DNA of 64,000 nt from Neoechinorhynchus agilis. Its lineage: Eukaryota > Animalia > Acanthocephala. This document shows positions 48,216 to 60,800 of the stretch, piece by piece. Every line of letters starts with the position of its first letter. The stretch's first letter is position 1. Made by a program: the position numbers and the translations under genes. The stretch spans positions 8,006,691 through 8,070,690 of the forward strand of contig CM121342.1 in the NCBI GenBank assembly GCA_051530055.1, given 5' to 3'. The notes below the pieces were generated by a model. The model searched no databases and was not told the origin of the DNA. It worked only from the letters and a program-made list of their open reading frames with translations.

Positions 48216-48330
48216 AGAATTATTGTTTAGAAGTCTTTACCCGATAAATAATTTTTTATTAGAAACGTTTCGAAGCTGTTACACTTAATAAAAAATATTT
48301 AGCGGGTGAAGACTTCAAAACAATAATTCT
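48216..48330. mobile_element. Internally deleted copy of foldback family 1
   Basis: AGAATTATTGTTT...AAACAATAATTCT arms and CGAAACGTT.TCT.AATAAA on the minus strand. The left flank AATGTCGAT.TGTGAGG..TACCGG...ATGTGATT is shared with 30907-30938. Confidence 0.8.
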
Positions 48331-50299
48331 TTTCATATAGGAAATTCCTGAAAAGCATCTAGAAAGTAAGCTCCGTTTTTAGATGAAAGCAGTTTCCCAA
48401 ACATTTTTTAGTGATTGCGCTTGATTCAAAAAGTACATCTTAATAAATCAAAAAAGAGCAAATGAAGTTAATGTTGGAAAAAAGTCTAAAGTTTTCCCGT
48501 GAACTATTCGCAAGGTTGAAAGATTGTTGTTATCAATGGGAATGATTGGGAGTACAAGTACATAAATGTAATCTTGTGACACTAAAATTAATCCGCACTT
48601 GCCTCTAAGAAAAAAATCTAAAGGCGACAAAATGGATCACGTGCAGCGCCACCATAAATTTTTTCGGTGTTACTATGTTCTGTCACATCACCGTTCCACA
48701 TTTTTGCTTCGTTTTTTGATTGAAAAAATCAGTGGAACCAACGTGGCTAACTATTATTGTTCCAGGCCGGTTACACTTATCAAAACGATTTTTTACCAGG
48801 GATAATGGTGACTTGTTCGGTGTACTTGACGTGACCCTTTAAAATTGTTAAATATTATTGATTTCTGCAATTCTAAAATCTAATAAAACATCATGGCCGT
48901 TATCTCAGGTAATTTAAAAATCTAGCTCGGATTTTGGCTAAATCACCAATGTCTAGTATGTGCGAATTAAAAATCAAAATATGTATCATCGAGAGAAAAT
49001 CCTTCGGGATGGTAGAGTTGGAGACGTAAAATGTGTAACCCCCCCATGGATAGAAAACATATTTCATTGAGATATTTCGCGAAAAAGCCACGCCTCATCA
49101 GTCATTGTAGATTAATCTAAGCGATCATAAAATATTTTCTATCCGTGATTATGATCATCACATCTCCAAAGATAGATATCGATTAAGACTAGAAGACAAA
49201 TATTTGAAAATTCGCATGTTTACTGCTGAATAAAAGATTTTTAAATCGAAAAGCACTGATTTTTCATACTTTTTGATGAGCATAAAGGACGCTATTGCTG
49301 ATAGAGGGAAAAATATTCCTGAAAGATTACATCTTTTCTCAAAGCTCAAAAACGTTCAAACTATAAAAAAATCGTTCTACACGTCATTAAACTAGCACCC
49401 CCCATGACGGTTCCTTTCAAGCCGACACAGCAAATTTCGATGCGTTCAACATACATCCCAGGCATTCGGCTTGGTTATGAAGCCTTTTTCATTTCCGAAG
49501 GTAAGAAAACGTACAAGCGAACATTTTTAAGAAAATAGCTTTTTAAAGTTTGGAAAAGTACTAACAACGATTTTGAGTTTGTTGCAAAACAATTTTCAGA
49601 CTAAAAATTATGCACGTGACGAATAATGTTAATTTAATAACGATTAAGTTTAGTCCTATTAAATATTATGTGTGACCGAGAAAAACCCTTATTCTGTGGG
49701 CATCAACGGTTCAACGATTACAAATTAGCTTACTTGAAATGGAAGTTATTTTGCGCATCACTGATTTTCATACAGGATCTAGAGACTAGGTTTTGCTGCC
49801 TATCTAAAGACATTGATTTCTTTTACCGATAAACGACAATTATCTCTACGATAAATCGCCCATAAGATTTTTAAAGCGAGTTAAAGCTTCAAAGTATGAT
49901 CCTTGAAAAGCTAATTTTTCCGCATAAGCGATTTGGTCGATCTGGTCATGAGAAAAACACAATTATTTCATAGTATTTGGCATTTCTAAAATGTTAGATC
50001 ATTGTTCTGGCTACGCTAATAGATAGCAATGATTTATGAGGACTTCTAAATCGTCTGAAGATATTTATTAAAATTACAATTGGTTGTAAGCTAAATTAAA
50101 AGCCACGAATAAAAATCTTTCATTTAAATCGCCGAATGCAGCCGTTGATCCATCTCAGACACAAACTGATTTTAACAAATCTAAGACCAAATGCTCCTAA
50201 ATTTAGGCAACGCCGTATAATCCTTGTAGCCTGAATGTATGAATTCTCAAATGCATATCTTCACAGCCTTCAAAACCATTATTTGTTTTAAATTAACCT

Positions 50300-51087
50300 C
50301 TAGGAATTTAAATAAACAAAATTAGTCGTAGGATTACGCTCTCGCCAAATGTCGCGTAAATCCGAAATCCTGCTGACAAATCGTTATCATCGACTTCAGG
50401 CCAATTTGTAATGCTTTCTAATTAAGTCGAATAATTAATAAATCTGAAAGTTTGAAAAATTTGGGTGTAATTTACTATTGTAACTGAGAAGGTAAACAGA
50501 TATAAATCTGACTATTACTTCAAGCCAATAAAGTTTAATAAGCCCATTTCTCAATCGTTTCACGACCAAAAACCTTTGCAATACCAGCAGCTAAGTCAAT
50601 ATTTTCCAACAATATTTCTTTATTAAATTCCGCTTTTAATGACAACGAATAAGGTCAATACGTCTGTCATTTTTCATGTTGATGGAATATCCGATAGACC
50701 TATCGAGCATGATATTTCGGCTACATGTCTCCATGTCTTTTATAAAGGCATAAAAGTCAGCAAAAATATTGACCTGTTATTAATATGAAAGCAAAATGAA
50801 ACATTTATCACTTCCTCTCTCTAATGACCTTGAAATTTAAAAATGTCAATGTCAAAGCTTTGAGAAAAATAGTAAGCGGACCACAATGATCTTGCTAAAT
50901 CCGAGGGCACTACTCCAAGTAGGATTCGAAGTTTATACTCCATTTTACCTAAGTTTGTGATTGATTCTAAAGATATGAATTTATGACGATAGTTGTTGTA
51001 CGCATAAAATTCCATGGATGGACCATTGGCACACAACAAAGATGCTGATGTTAAAGCAAAAGAACGAATATGTGTCTCAATTAGCAT
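50300..51087 (-). CDS. Possible exons of an unidentified gene next to the satellite
   Basis: ORF 50821-51087 plus open segments (KAEFNKEILLENIDLAAG...; ESITNWPEVDD...). No family recognised. Confidence 0.25.
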
Positions 51088-51718
51088 AAATGTGGTCTGT
51101 TGTTCCTATTTGGTGTTAATGCACATTTGGCTGAAAATGCGTCTTGTTGGTTGCGGACTAAATGAAGCGAAAAGTGTTCGAAGACATCGTGTTTATTTTT
51201 CTACGTGGAACCGTTTTGAAAGGTAGGACTTAATGATGGATTAGGGAGAGATTAGGCATACACATGCCTATGATTCTGATGTACGTGTGGTGAAGTGCAA
51301 CAAAGTGACGGTTCGAAAGAGAAAAAGACGTTTTCTAAGACAAACGTGCAAAACATACCGATCTGTAACTTTCAGTTTATGGATGATCGTTTTCACTGCC
51401 TGCAGGAAGTATGCGCAACCAGATATTCCGCCGATAACACCGTCCCATTAATGATCAAGCGGTCACAAATTGAGAAGAAAAACCGCATTTTATTAGAACA
51501 ATTGCGCGCCTGCCTCAAACGTGAAGGAAACGCAAAAAAATACGCAAATACAATAATCGTCCTCAAAAAGCAGCTGATTCATATCCCAGGTCGACATATA
51601 AATGTATCGTAACCTTCGTTATATGATTAACCGTGCATTTGTAAGAATACAATCTACGTATTCATGCATCCGTCCACAAACGAACAAGTGTTCGTCCAAT
51701 TGGGCGACCGCACGCTGC

Positions 51719-51835
51719 CCACGAGGACAAAAACTTGTGCATGTGCGGACGAATCCGCATGATGCAAAGACAATTGCGCGTCTACATGTACCGGCGCAAC
51801 ATAAACGCAAATGAACGCGTATAAACGATTACGAA
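51719..51835. repeat. Diverged inverted partial monomer of the 172-bp satellite
   Basis: CCACGAGGAC.AAAACTTGT...GATGCAAAGACAA.TGCGCG...GCGCAACATAAACGC.AATGAACGCGT is the reverse complement of the monomer. Confidence 0.9.
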
Positions 51836-51864
51836 CATTAAGATTATTATTAAACAGCGAACGC

Positions 51865-54800
51865 GTGCGCAGTCGTTACATATACAAGTTTTCGTCCTCG
51901 TGGACCAACGCGAAGATCTTTATTATATATCGGCGTTCGCGGCTTTATATTAATCTGCAACTTCGAAACCGTTTACACGCGTTCATTCGCGTTTATGTTG
52001 CGCGAGTATCGATCAACGCGCAGTTGTCTTTGCATCGTGCGTAGTCGTTACATATACAAGTTTTCGTCCTCGTGGACCAACGCGAAGATCTTTATTATAT
52101 ATCGCCGTTCGCGGCTTTATATTAATCTGCAACTTCGAAACCGTTTACACGCGTTCATTCGCGTTTATGTTGCGCGAGTATCGATCAACGCGCAGTTGTC
52201 TTTGCATCGTGCGTAGTCGTTACATATACAAGTTTTCGTCCTCGTGGACCAACGCGAAGATCTTTATTATATATTATCGCGGCTTTATATTAATCTGCAA
52301 CTTCGAAACCGTTTACACGCGTTCATTCGCGTTTATGTTGCGCGAGTATCGATCAACGCGCAGTTGTCTTTGCATCGTGCGTAGTCGTTACATATACAAG
52401 TTTTCGTCCTCGTGGACCAACACGCGAAGATCTTTATTATATATCGCCGTTCGCGGCTTTATATTAATCTGCAACTTCGAAACCGTTTACACGCGTTCAT
52501 TCGCGTTTATGTTGCGCGAGTATCGATCAACGCGCAGTAGTCTTTGCATCGTGCGTAGTCGTTACATATACAAGTCTTTGCACGTGCGTAGTCGTTATCA
52601 TATACATAGTTTTGCAACTTCGAAACCGTTTACACGCGTTCATTCGCGTTTATGTTGCGCGAGTATCGATCAACGCGCAGTTGTCTTTGCACGTGCGTAG
52701 TCGTTACATATACAAGTTTTCGTCCTCGTATTATATATCGCCGTTCGCGGCTTTATATTAATCTGCAACTTCGAAACCGTTTACACGCGTTCATTCGCGT
52801 TTATGTTGCGCGAGTATCGATCAACGCGCAGTTGTCTTTGCATCGTGCGTAGTCGTTACATATACAAGTTTTCGTCCTCGTGGACCAACGCGAAGATCTT
52901 TATTATATATCGGCGTTGCATCGGCTTTATATTAATCTGCAACTTCGAAACCGTTTACACGCGTTCATTCGCGTTTATGTTGCGCGAGTATCGATCAACG
53001 CGCAGTTGTCTTTGCATCGTGCGTAGTCGTTACATATACAAGTTTTCGTCCTCGTGGACCAACGCGAAGATCTTTATTATATATCGGCGTTCGCGGCTTT
53101 ATATTAATCTGCAACTTCGAAACCGTTTACACGCGTTCATTCGCGTTTATGTTGCGCGAGTATCGATCAACGCGCAGTAGTCTTTGCATCGTGCGTAGTC
53201 GTTACATATACAAGTTTTCGTCCTCGTGGACCAACGCGAAGATCTTTATTATATATCGCCGTTCGCGGCTTTATATTAATCTGCAACTTCGAAACCGTTT
53301 ACACGCGTTCATTCGCGTTTATGTTGCGCGAGTATCGATCAACGCGCAGTTGTCTTTGCATCGTGCGTAGTCGTTACATATACAAGTTTTCGTCCTCGTG
53401 GACCAACGCGAAGATCTTTATTATATATCGCGTTCGCGGCTTTATATTAATCTGCAACTTCGAAACCGTTTACACGCGTTCATTCGCGTTTATGTTGCGC
53501 GAGTATCGATCAACGCGCAGTTGTCTTTGCATCGTGCGTAGTCGTTACATATACAAGTTTTCGTCCTCGTGGACCAACGCGAAGATCTTTATTATATATC
53601 GGCGTTCGCGGCTTTATATTAATCTGCAACTTCGAAACCGTTTACACGCGTTCATTCGCGTTTATGTTGCGCGAGTATCGATCAACGCGCAGTTGTCTTT
53701 GCATCGTGCGTAGTCGTTACATATACAAGTTTTCGTCCTCGTGGACCAACCAACGCGAAGATCTTTATTATATATCGCGCGTTCGCGGCTTTATATTAAT
53801 CTGCAACTTCGAAACCGTTTACACGCGTTCATTCGCGTTTATGTTGCGCGAGTATCGATCAACGCGCGTCTTTGCATCGTGCGTAGTCGTTACATATACA
53901 AGTTTTCGTCCTCGTGGACCAACGCGAAGATCTTTATTATATATCGCCGTTCGCGGCTTTATATTAATCTGCAACTTCGAAACCGTTTACACGCGTTCAT
54001 TCGCGTTTATGTTGCGCGAGTATCGATCGTTAGTCTTTGCATGCGTAGTCGTTACATATACAAGTTTTCGTCCTCGTGGACCAACGCGAAGATCTTTATT
54101 ATTATATATCTGCAACTTCGAAACCGTTACGCGGCTTTCGCGTTTATATTAATCTGCAACTTGCATCGAAACCAAGTTTACGCGTTCATTCGCGTTTATG
54201 TTGCGCGAGTATCGAAATCAACGCGCAGTATCGATCAACGCGCAGTTGTCTTTGCATCGTGCGTAGTCGTTACATATACAAGTTTTCGTCCTCGTGGACC
54301 AACGCGAAGATCTTTATTATATATCGGCGTTCGCGGCTTTATATTAATCTGCAACTTCGAAACCGTTTACACGCGTTCATTCGCGTTTATGTTGCGCGAG
54401 TATCGATCAACGCGCAGTTGTCTTTGCATCGTGCGTAGTCGTTACATATACAAGTTTTCGTCCTCGTGGACCAACGCGAAGATCTTTATTATATATCGCG
54501 TTCGCGGCTTTATATTAATCTGCAACTTCGAAACCGTTTACACGCGTTCATTCGCGTTTATGTTGCGCGAGTATCGATCAACGCGCAGTTGTCTTTGCAT
54601 CGTGCGTAGTCGTTACATATACAAGTTTTCGTCCTCGTGGACCAACGCGCGAAGATCTTTATTATATATCGGCGTTCGCGGCTTTATATTAATCTGCAAC
54701 TTCGAAACCGTTTACACGCGTTCATTCGCGTTTATGTTGCGCGAGTATCGATCAACGCGCAGTAGTCTTTGCATCGTGCGTAGTCGTTACATATACAAGT

Positions 54801-57800
54801 TTTCGTCCTCGTGGACCAACGCGAAGATCTTTATTATATATCGCCGTTCGCGGCTTTATATTAATCTGCAACTTCGAAACCGTTTACACGCGTTCATTCG
54901 CGTTTATGTTGCGCGAGTATCGATCAACGCGCAGTAGTCTTTGCATCGTGCGTAGTCGTTACATATACAAGTTTTCGTCCTCGTGGACCAACGCGAAGAT
55001 CTTTATTATATATCGCGTTCGCGGCTTTATATTAATCTGCAACTTCGAAACCGTTTACACGCGTTCATTCGCGTTTATGTTGCGCGAGTATCGATCAACG
55101 CGCATGTGCATCGTGCGTAGTCGTTACATATACAAGTTTTCGTCCTCGTGGACCAACGCGCGATATTAATCTGCAACTTCGAAACCGTTTACACGCGTTA
55201 TTCGCGTTTATGTTGCGCGAGTATCGATCAACGCGCAGTAGTCTTTGCATCGTGCGTAGTCGTTACATATACAAGTTTTCGTCCTCGTGGACCAACGCGA
55301 AGATCTTTATTATATATCGCCGTTCGCGGCTTTATATTAATCTGCAACTTCGAAACCGTTTACATGCGTTCATTCGCGTTTATGTTGCGCGAGTATCGAT
55401 CAACGCGCAGTAGTCTTTGCATCGTGCGTAGTCGTTACATATACAAGTTTTCGTCCTCGTGGACCAACGCGAAGATCTTTATTATATATCGCCGTTGGCG
55501 GCTTTATATTAATCTGCAACTTCGAAACCGTTTACACGCGCTCATTCGCGTTTATGTTGCGCGAGTATCGATCAACGCGCAGTTGTCTTTGCATCGTGCG
55601 TAGTCGTTACATATACAAGTTTTCGTCCTCGTGGACCAACGCGAATCTTTATTATACATCGGCGTTCGCGGCTTGATATTAATCTGACTTCGAAACCGTT
55701 TACACGCGTTCATTCGCGTTTATGTTGCGCGAGTATCGATCAACGCGCAGTTGTCTTTGCATCGTGCATAGTCGTTACATATACAAGTTTTCGTCCTCGT
55801 GGACCAAAGCGAAGATCTTTATTATACATCGGCGTTCGCGGCTTGATATTAATCTGCAACTTCGAAACCGTTTACACGCGTTCATTCGCGTTTATGTTGC
55901 GCGAGTATCGATCAACGCGCAGTAGTCTTTGCATCGTGCGTAGTCGTTACATATACAAGTTTTCGTCCTCGTGGACCAACGCGAAGATCTTTATTATATA
56001 TCGGCGTTCGCGGCTTGATATTAATCTGCAACTTCGAAACCGTTTACACGCGTTCATTCGCGTTTATGTTGCGCGAGTATCGATCAACGCGCAGTAGTCT
56101 TTGCATCGTGCGTAGTCGTTACATATACAAGTTTTCGTCCTCGTGGACCAACGCGAAGATCTTTATTATATATCGCAGTTCATAGCTTTATATTAATCTG
56201 CAACTTCGAAACCGTTTACACGCGTTCATTCGCGTTTATGTTGCGCGAGTATCGATCAACGCGCAGTAGTCTTTGCATCGTGCGTAGTCGTTACATATAC
56301 AAGTTTTCGTCCTCGTGGACCAACGCGAGGATCTTTATTATATATCGGCGTTATCGGCTTTATATTAATCTGACTTCGAAACGGTTTACACGCGTTCATT
56401 CGCGTTTATGTTGCGCGAGTATCGATCAACGCGCAGTTGTCTTTGCATCATGCATAGTCGTTACATATACAAGTTTTCGTCCTCGTTGACCAACGCGAAG
56501 ATCTTTATTATATATCGCAGTTCGCGGCTTTATATTAATCTGCAACTTCGAAACCGTTTACACGCGTTCATTCGCGTTTATGTTGCGCGAGTATCGATCA
56601 ACGCGCAGTAGTCTTTGCATCGTGCGTAGTCGTTACATATACAAGTTTTCGTCCTCGTGGACCAGCGTGAAGATCTTTATTATATATCGGCGTTATCGGC
56701 TTTATATTAATCTTACTTCGAAACCGTTTACACGCGTTCATTCGCGTTTATGTTGCGCGAGTATCGATCAACGCGCAGTTGTCTTTGCATCGTGCATAGT
56801 CGTTACATATACAAGTTTTCGTCCTCGTGGACCAACGCGAAGATCTTTATTATATATCGCCGTTTGCGGCTTTATATTAATCTGCAACTTCGAAACCGTT
56901 TACACGCGCTCATTCGCGTTTATGTTGCGCGAGTATCGATCAACGCGCAGTTGTCTTTGCATCGTGCGTAGTCGTTACATATACAAGTTTTCGTCCTCGT
57001 AGACCAACGCGAAGATCTTTATTATACATCGGCGTTCGCGGCTTGATATTAATCTGCAACTTCGAAACCGTTTACACGCGTTCATTCGCGTTTATGTTGC
57101 GCGAGTATCGATCAACGCGCAGTAGTCTTTGCATCGTGCGTAGTCGTTACATATACAAGTTTTCGTCCTCGTGGACCAACGCGAAGATCTTTATTATATA
57201 TCGCCGTTAGCGGCTTTATATTGATCTGCAACTTCGAAACCGTTTACACGCGTTCATTCGCGTTTATGTTGCGCGAGTATCGATCAACGCGCAGTAGTCT
57301 TTGCATCGTGCGTAGTCGTTACATATACAAGTTTTCGTCCTCGTGGACCAACGCGAGGATCTTTATTATATATCGCAGTTCGCGGCTTCCTATTAATCGC
57401 ACAACTTCGAAACCGTTTACACGCGTTCATTCGCGTTTATGTTGCGCGAGTATCGATCAACGCGCAGTAGTCTTTGCATCGTGCGTAGTCGTTACATATA
57501 CAAGTTTTCGTCCTCGTGGACCAACGCGAGGATCTTTATTATATATCGGCGTTATCGGCTTTATATTAATCACTTCGAAACCGTTTTTACGCGTTCATTC
57601 GCGTTTATGTTGCGCAGTATCGATCAACGCGCAGTTGTCTTTGCATCGTGCGTAGTCGTTACATATACAAGTTTTCGTCCTCGTGGACCAACGCGAAGAT
57701 CTTTATTATATATCGGCGTTATCGGCTTTATATTAATTTGCAACTTCGAAACCGTTTACATGCGTTCATTCGCGTTTATGTTGCGCGAGTATCGATCAAC

Positions 57801-60800
57801 GCGCAGTTGTCTTTGCATCGTGCGTAGTCGTTACATATACAAGTTTTCGTCCTCGTGGACCAACGCGAAGATCTTTATTATATATCGCAGTTCGCGGCTT
57901 TATATTAATCTGCAACTTCGAAACCGTTTACACGCGTTCATTCGCGTTTATGTTGCGCGAGTATCGATCAACGCGCAGTAGTCTTTGCATCGTGCGTAGT
58001 CGTTACATATACAAGTTTTCGTCCTCGTGGACCAACGCGTTGATCTTTATTATATATCGCAGTTCGCGGCTTTATATTAATCTGCAACTTCGAAACCGTT
58101 TACACGCGTTCATTCGCGTTTATGTTGCGCGAGTATCGATCAACGCGCAGTAGTCTTTGCATCGTGCGTAGTCGTTACATATACAAGTTTTCGTCATCGT
58201 GGACCAACGCGAAGATCTTTATTATACATCGGCGTTCGCGGCTTGATATTAATCTGCAACTTCGAAACCGTTTACACGCGTTCATTCGCGTTTATGTTGC
58301 GCGAGTATCGATCAACGCGCAGTTGTCTTTGCATCGTGCGTAGTCGTTACATATACAAGTTTTCGTCCTCGTCGACCAACGCGAAGATCTTTATTATATA
58401 TCGCCGTTCGCGGCTTTATATTAATCTGCAACTTCGAAACCGTTTACACGCGTTCATTCGCGTTTATGTTGCGCGAGTATCGATCAACGCGCAGTTGTCT
58501 TTGCATCGTGCGTAGTCGTTGCATATACAAGTTTTCGTCTCGTGGACCAACGCGAGGATCTTTATTATATATCGGCGTTATCGGCTTTATATTAATCTGA
58601 CATCGAAACCGTTTACACGCGTTCATTCGCGTTTATGTTGCGCGAGTATCGATCAACGCGCAGTAGTCTTTGCATCGTGCGTAGTCGTTACATATACAAG
58701 TTTTCGTCCTCGTGAACCAACGCGAAGATCTTTATTATATATCGCCGTTGGCGGCTTTATATTAATCTGCAACTTCGAAACCGTTTACACGCGTTCATTC
58801 GCGTTTATGTTGCGCGAGTATCGATCAACGCGCAGTTGTCTTTGCATCGTGCGTAGTCGTTACATATACAAGTTTTCATCCTCGTGGACCAACGCGAAGA
58901 TCTTTATTATACATCGGCGTTCGCGGCTTGATATTAATCTGCAACTTCGAAACCGTTTACACGCGTTCATTCGCGTTTATGTTGCGCGAGTATCGATCAA
59001 CGCGGAGTAGTCTTTGCATCGTGCGTAGTCGTTACATATACAAGTTTTCGTCCTCGTGGACCAGCGCGAAGATCTTTATTATATATCGGCGTTATCGGCT
59101 TTATATTAATCTGACTTCGAAACCGTTTACACGCGTTCATTCGCGTTTATGTTGCGCGAGTTTCGATCAACGCGCAGTTGTCTTTGCATCGTGCATAGTC
59201 GTTACATATACAAGTTTTCGTCCTCGTGGACCAAAGCGAAGATCTTTATTATACATCGGCGTTCGCGGCTTGATATTAATCTGCAACTTCGAAACCGTTT
59301 ACACGCGTTCATTCGCGTTTATGTTGCGCGAGTATCGATCAACGCGCAGTAGTCTTTGCATCGTGCGTAGTCGTTACATATACAAGTTTTCGTCCCCGTG
59401 GACCAACGCGAAGATCTTTATTATATATCGCAGTTCGCGGCTTTATATTAATCTGCAACTTCGAAACCGTTTACACGCGTTCATTCGCGTTTATGTTTCG
59501 CGAGTATCGATCAACGCGCAGTAGTCTTTGCATCGTGCGTAGTCGTTACATATACAAGTTTTCGTCCTCGTGGACCAACATGAGGATCTTATTATATATC
59601 GGCCTTATCGGCTTGTATTAATCGACTTCGAAACGGTTTACACGCGTTCATTCGCGTTTATGTTGCGCGAGTATCGATCAACGCGCAGTTGTCTTTGCAT
59701 CATGCATAGTCGTTACATATACAAGTTTTCGTCCTCGTTGACCAACGCGAAGATCTTAATTATATATCGCAGTTCGCGGCTTTATATTAATCTGCAACTT
59801 CGAAACCGTATACACGCGTTCATTCGCGTTTATGTTGCGCGAGTATCGATCAACGCGCAGTGATCTTTGATGCGTAGTCGTTACATATACAAGTTTTCGT
59901 CCTCTTGGACCAACGCGAAGATCTTTATTATATATCGCCGTTGGCGGCTTTATATTAATCTGACTTCGAAACCGTTTACACGCGTTCATTCGCGTTTATG
60001 TTGCGCGAGTATCGATCAACGCGCAGTTGTCTTTGCATCGTGCGTAGTCGTTACATATACAAGTTTTCGTCCCCGTGGACCAACGCGAAGATCTTTAATA
60101 TACATCGGCGTTCGCGATGATATTAATCTGCAACTGAAACCGTTTACGCGTTCATTCGCGTTTATGTTGCGCGAGTATCGATCAACGCGCAGTAGTCTTC
60201 CAGCTGCGTGCGTAGTCGTTACATATACAAGTTTTCGTCCTCGTGGACCAACACGAAGATCTTTATTATATATCGCAGTTCGCGGCTTTATATTAATCTG
60301 CAACTTCGAAACCGTTTACACGCGTTCATTCGCGTTTATGTTGCGCAGTATCGATCAACGCGCAGTAGTCTTTGCATCGTGCGTAGTCGTTACATATACA
60401 AGTTTTCGTCCTCGTGGACCAACGCGAGGATCTTTATTATATATCGGCGTTATCGGCTTTATATTAATCTGACTTCGAAACGCTTTACACGCGTTCATTC
60501 GCGTTTATGTTGCGCGAGTATCGATCAACGCGCAGTTGTCTTTGCATCATGCATAGTCGTTACATATACAAGTTTTCGTCCTCGTGGACCAACGCGAAGA
60601 TCTTTATTATATATCGCCGTTCGCGGCTTTAGATTAATCTGCAACTTCGAAACCGTTTACACGCGTTCATTCGCGTTTATGTTGCGCGAGTATCGATCAA
60701 CGCGCAGTAGTCTTTGCATCGTGCGTAGTCGTTACATATACAAGTTTTCGTCCTCGTTGACCAACGCGAAGATCTTTATTATATATCGCCGTTCGCGGCT

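Noticed and set aside
49050-49105. Minus-strand CTGATGA-G-GCG...CGC-GAAA-TAT
   Set aside because: The best stem III places G at the cleavage position and stem I does not form.
50821-51087. CANGP...FISLES resembles ALG14 motifs
   Set aside because: Spacing and flanking residues do not fit well enough to name the gene.
51885-51915. Satellite minus strand has GTCC-ACGA-GGAC-GAAA, like hammerhead stem II plus GAAA
   Set aside because: The required CUGANGA box is absent (CGCGTTG at that position), so chance or unrecognisable decay.
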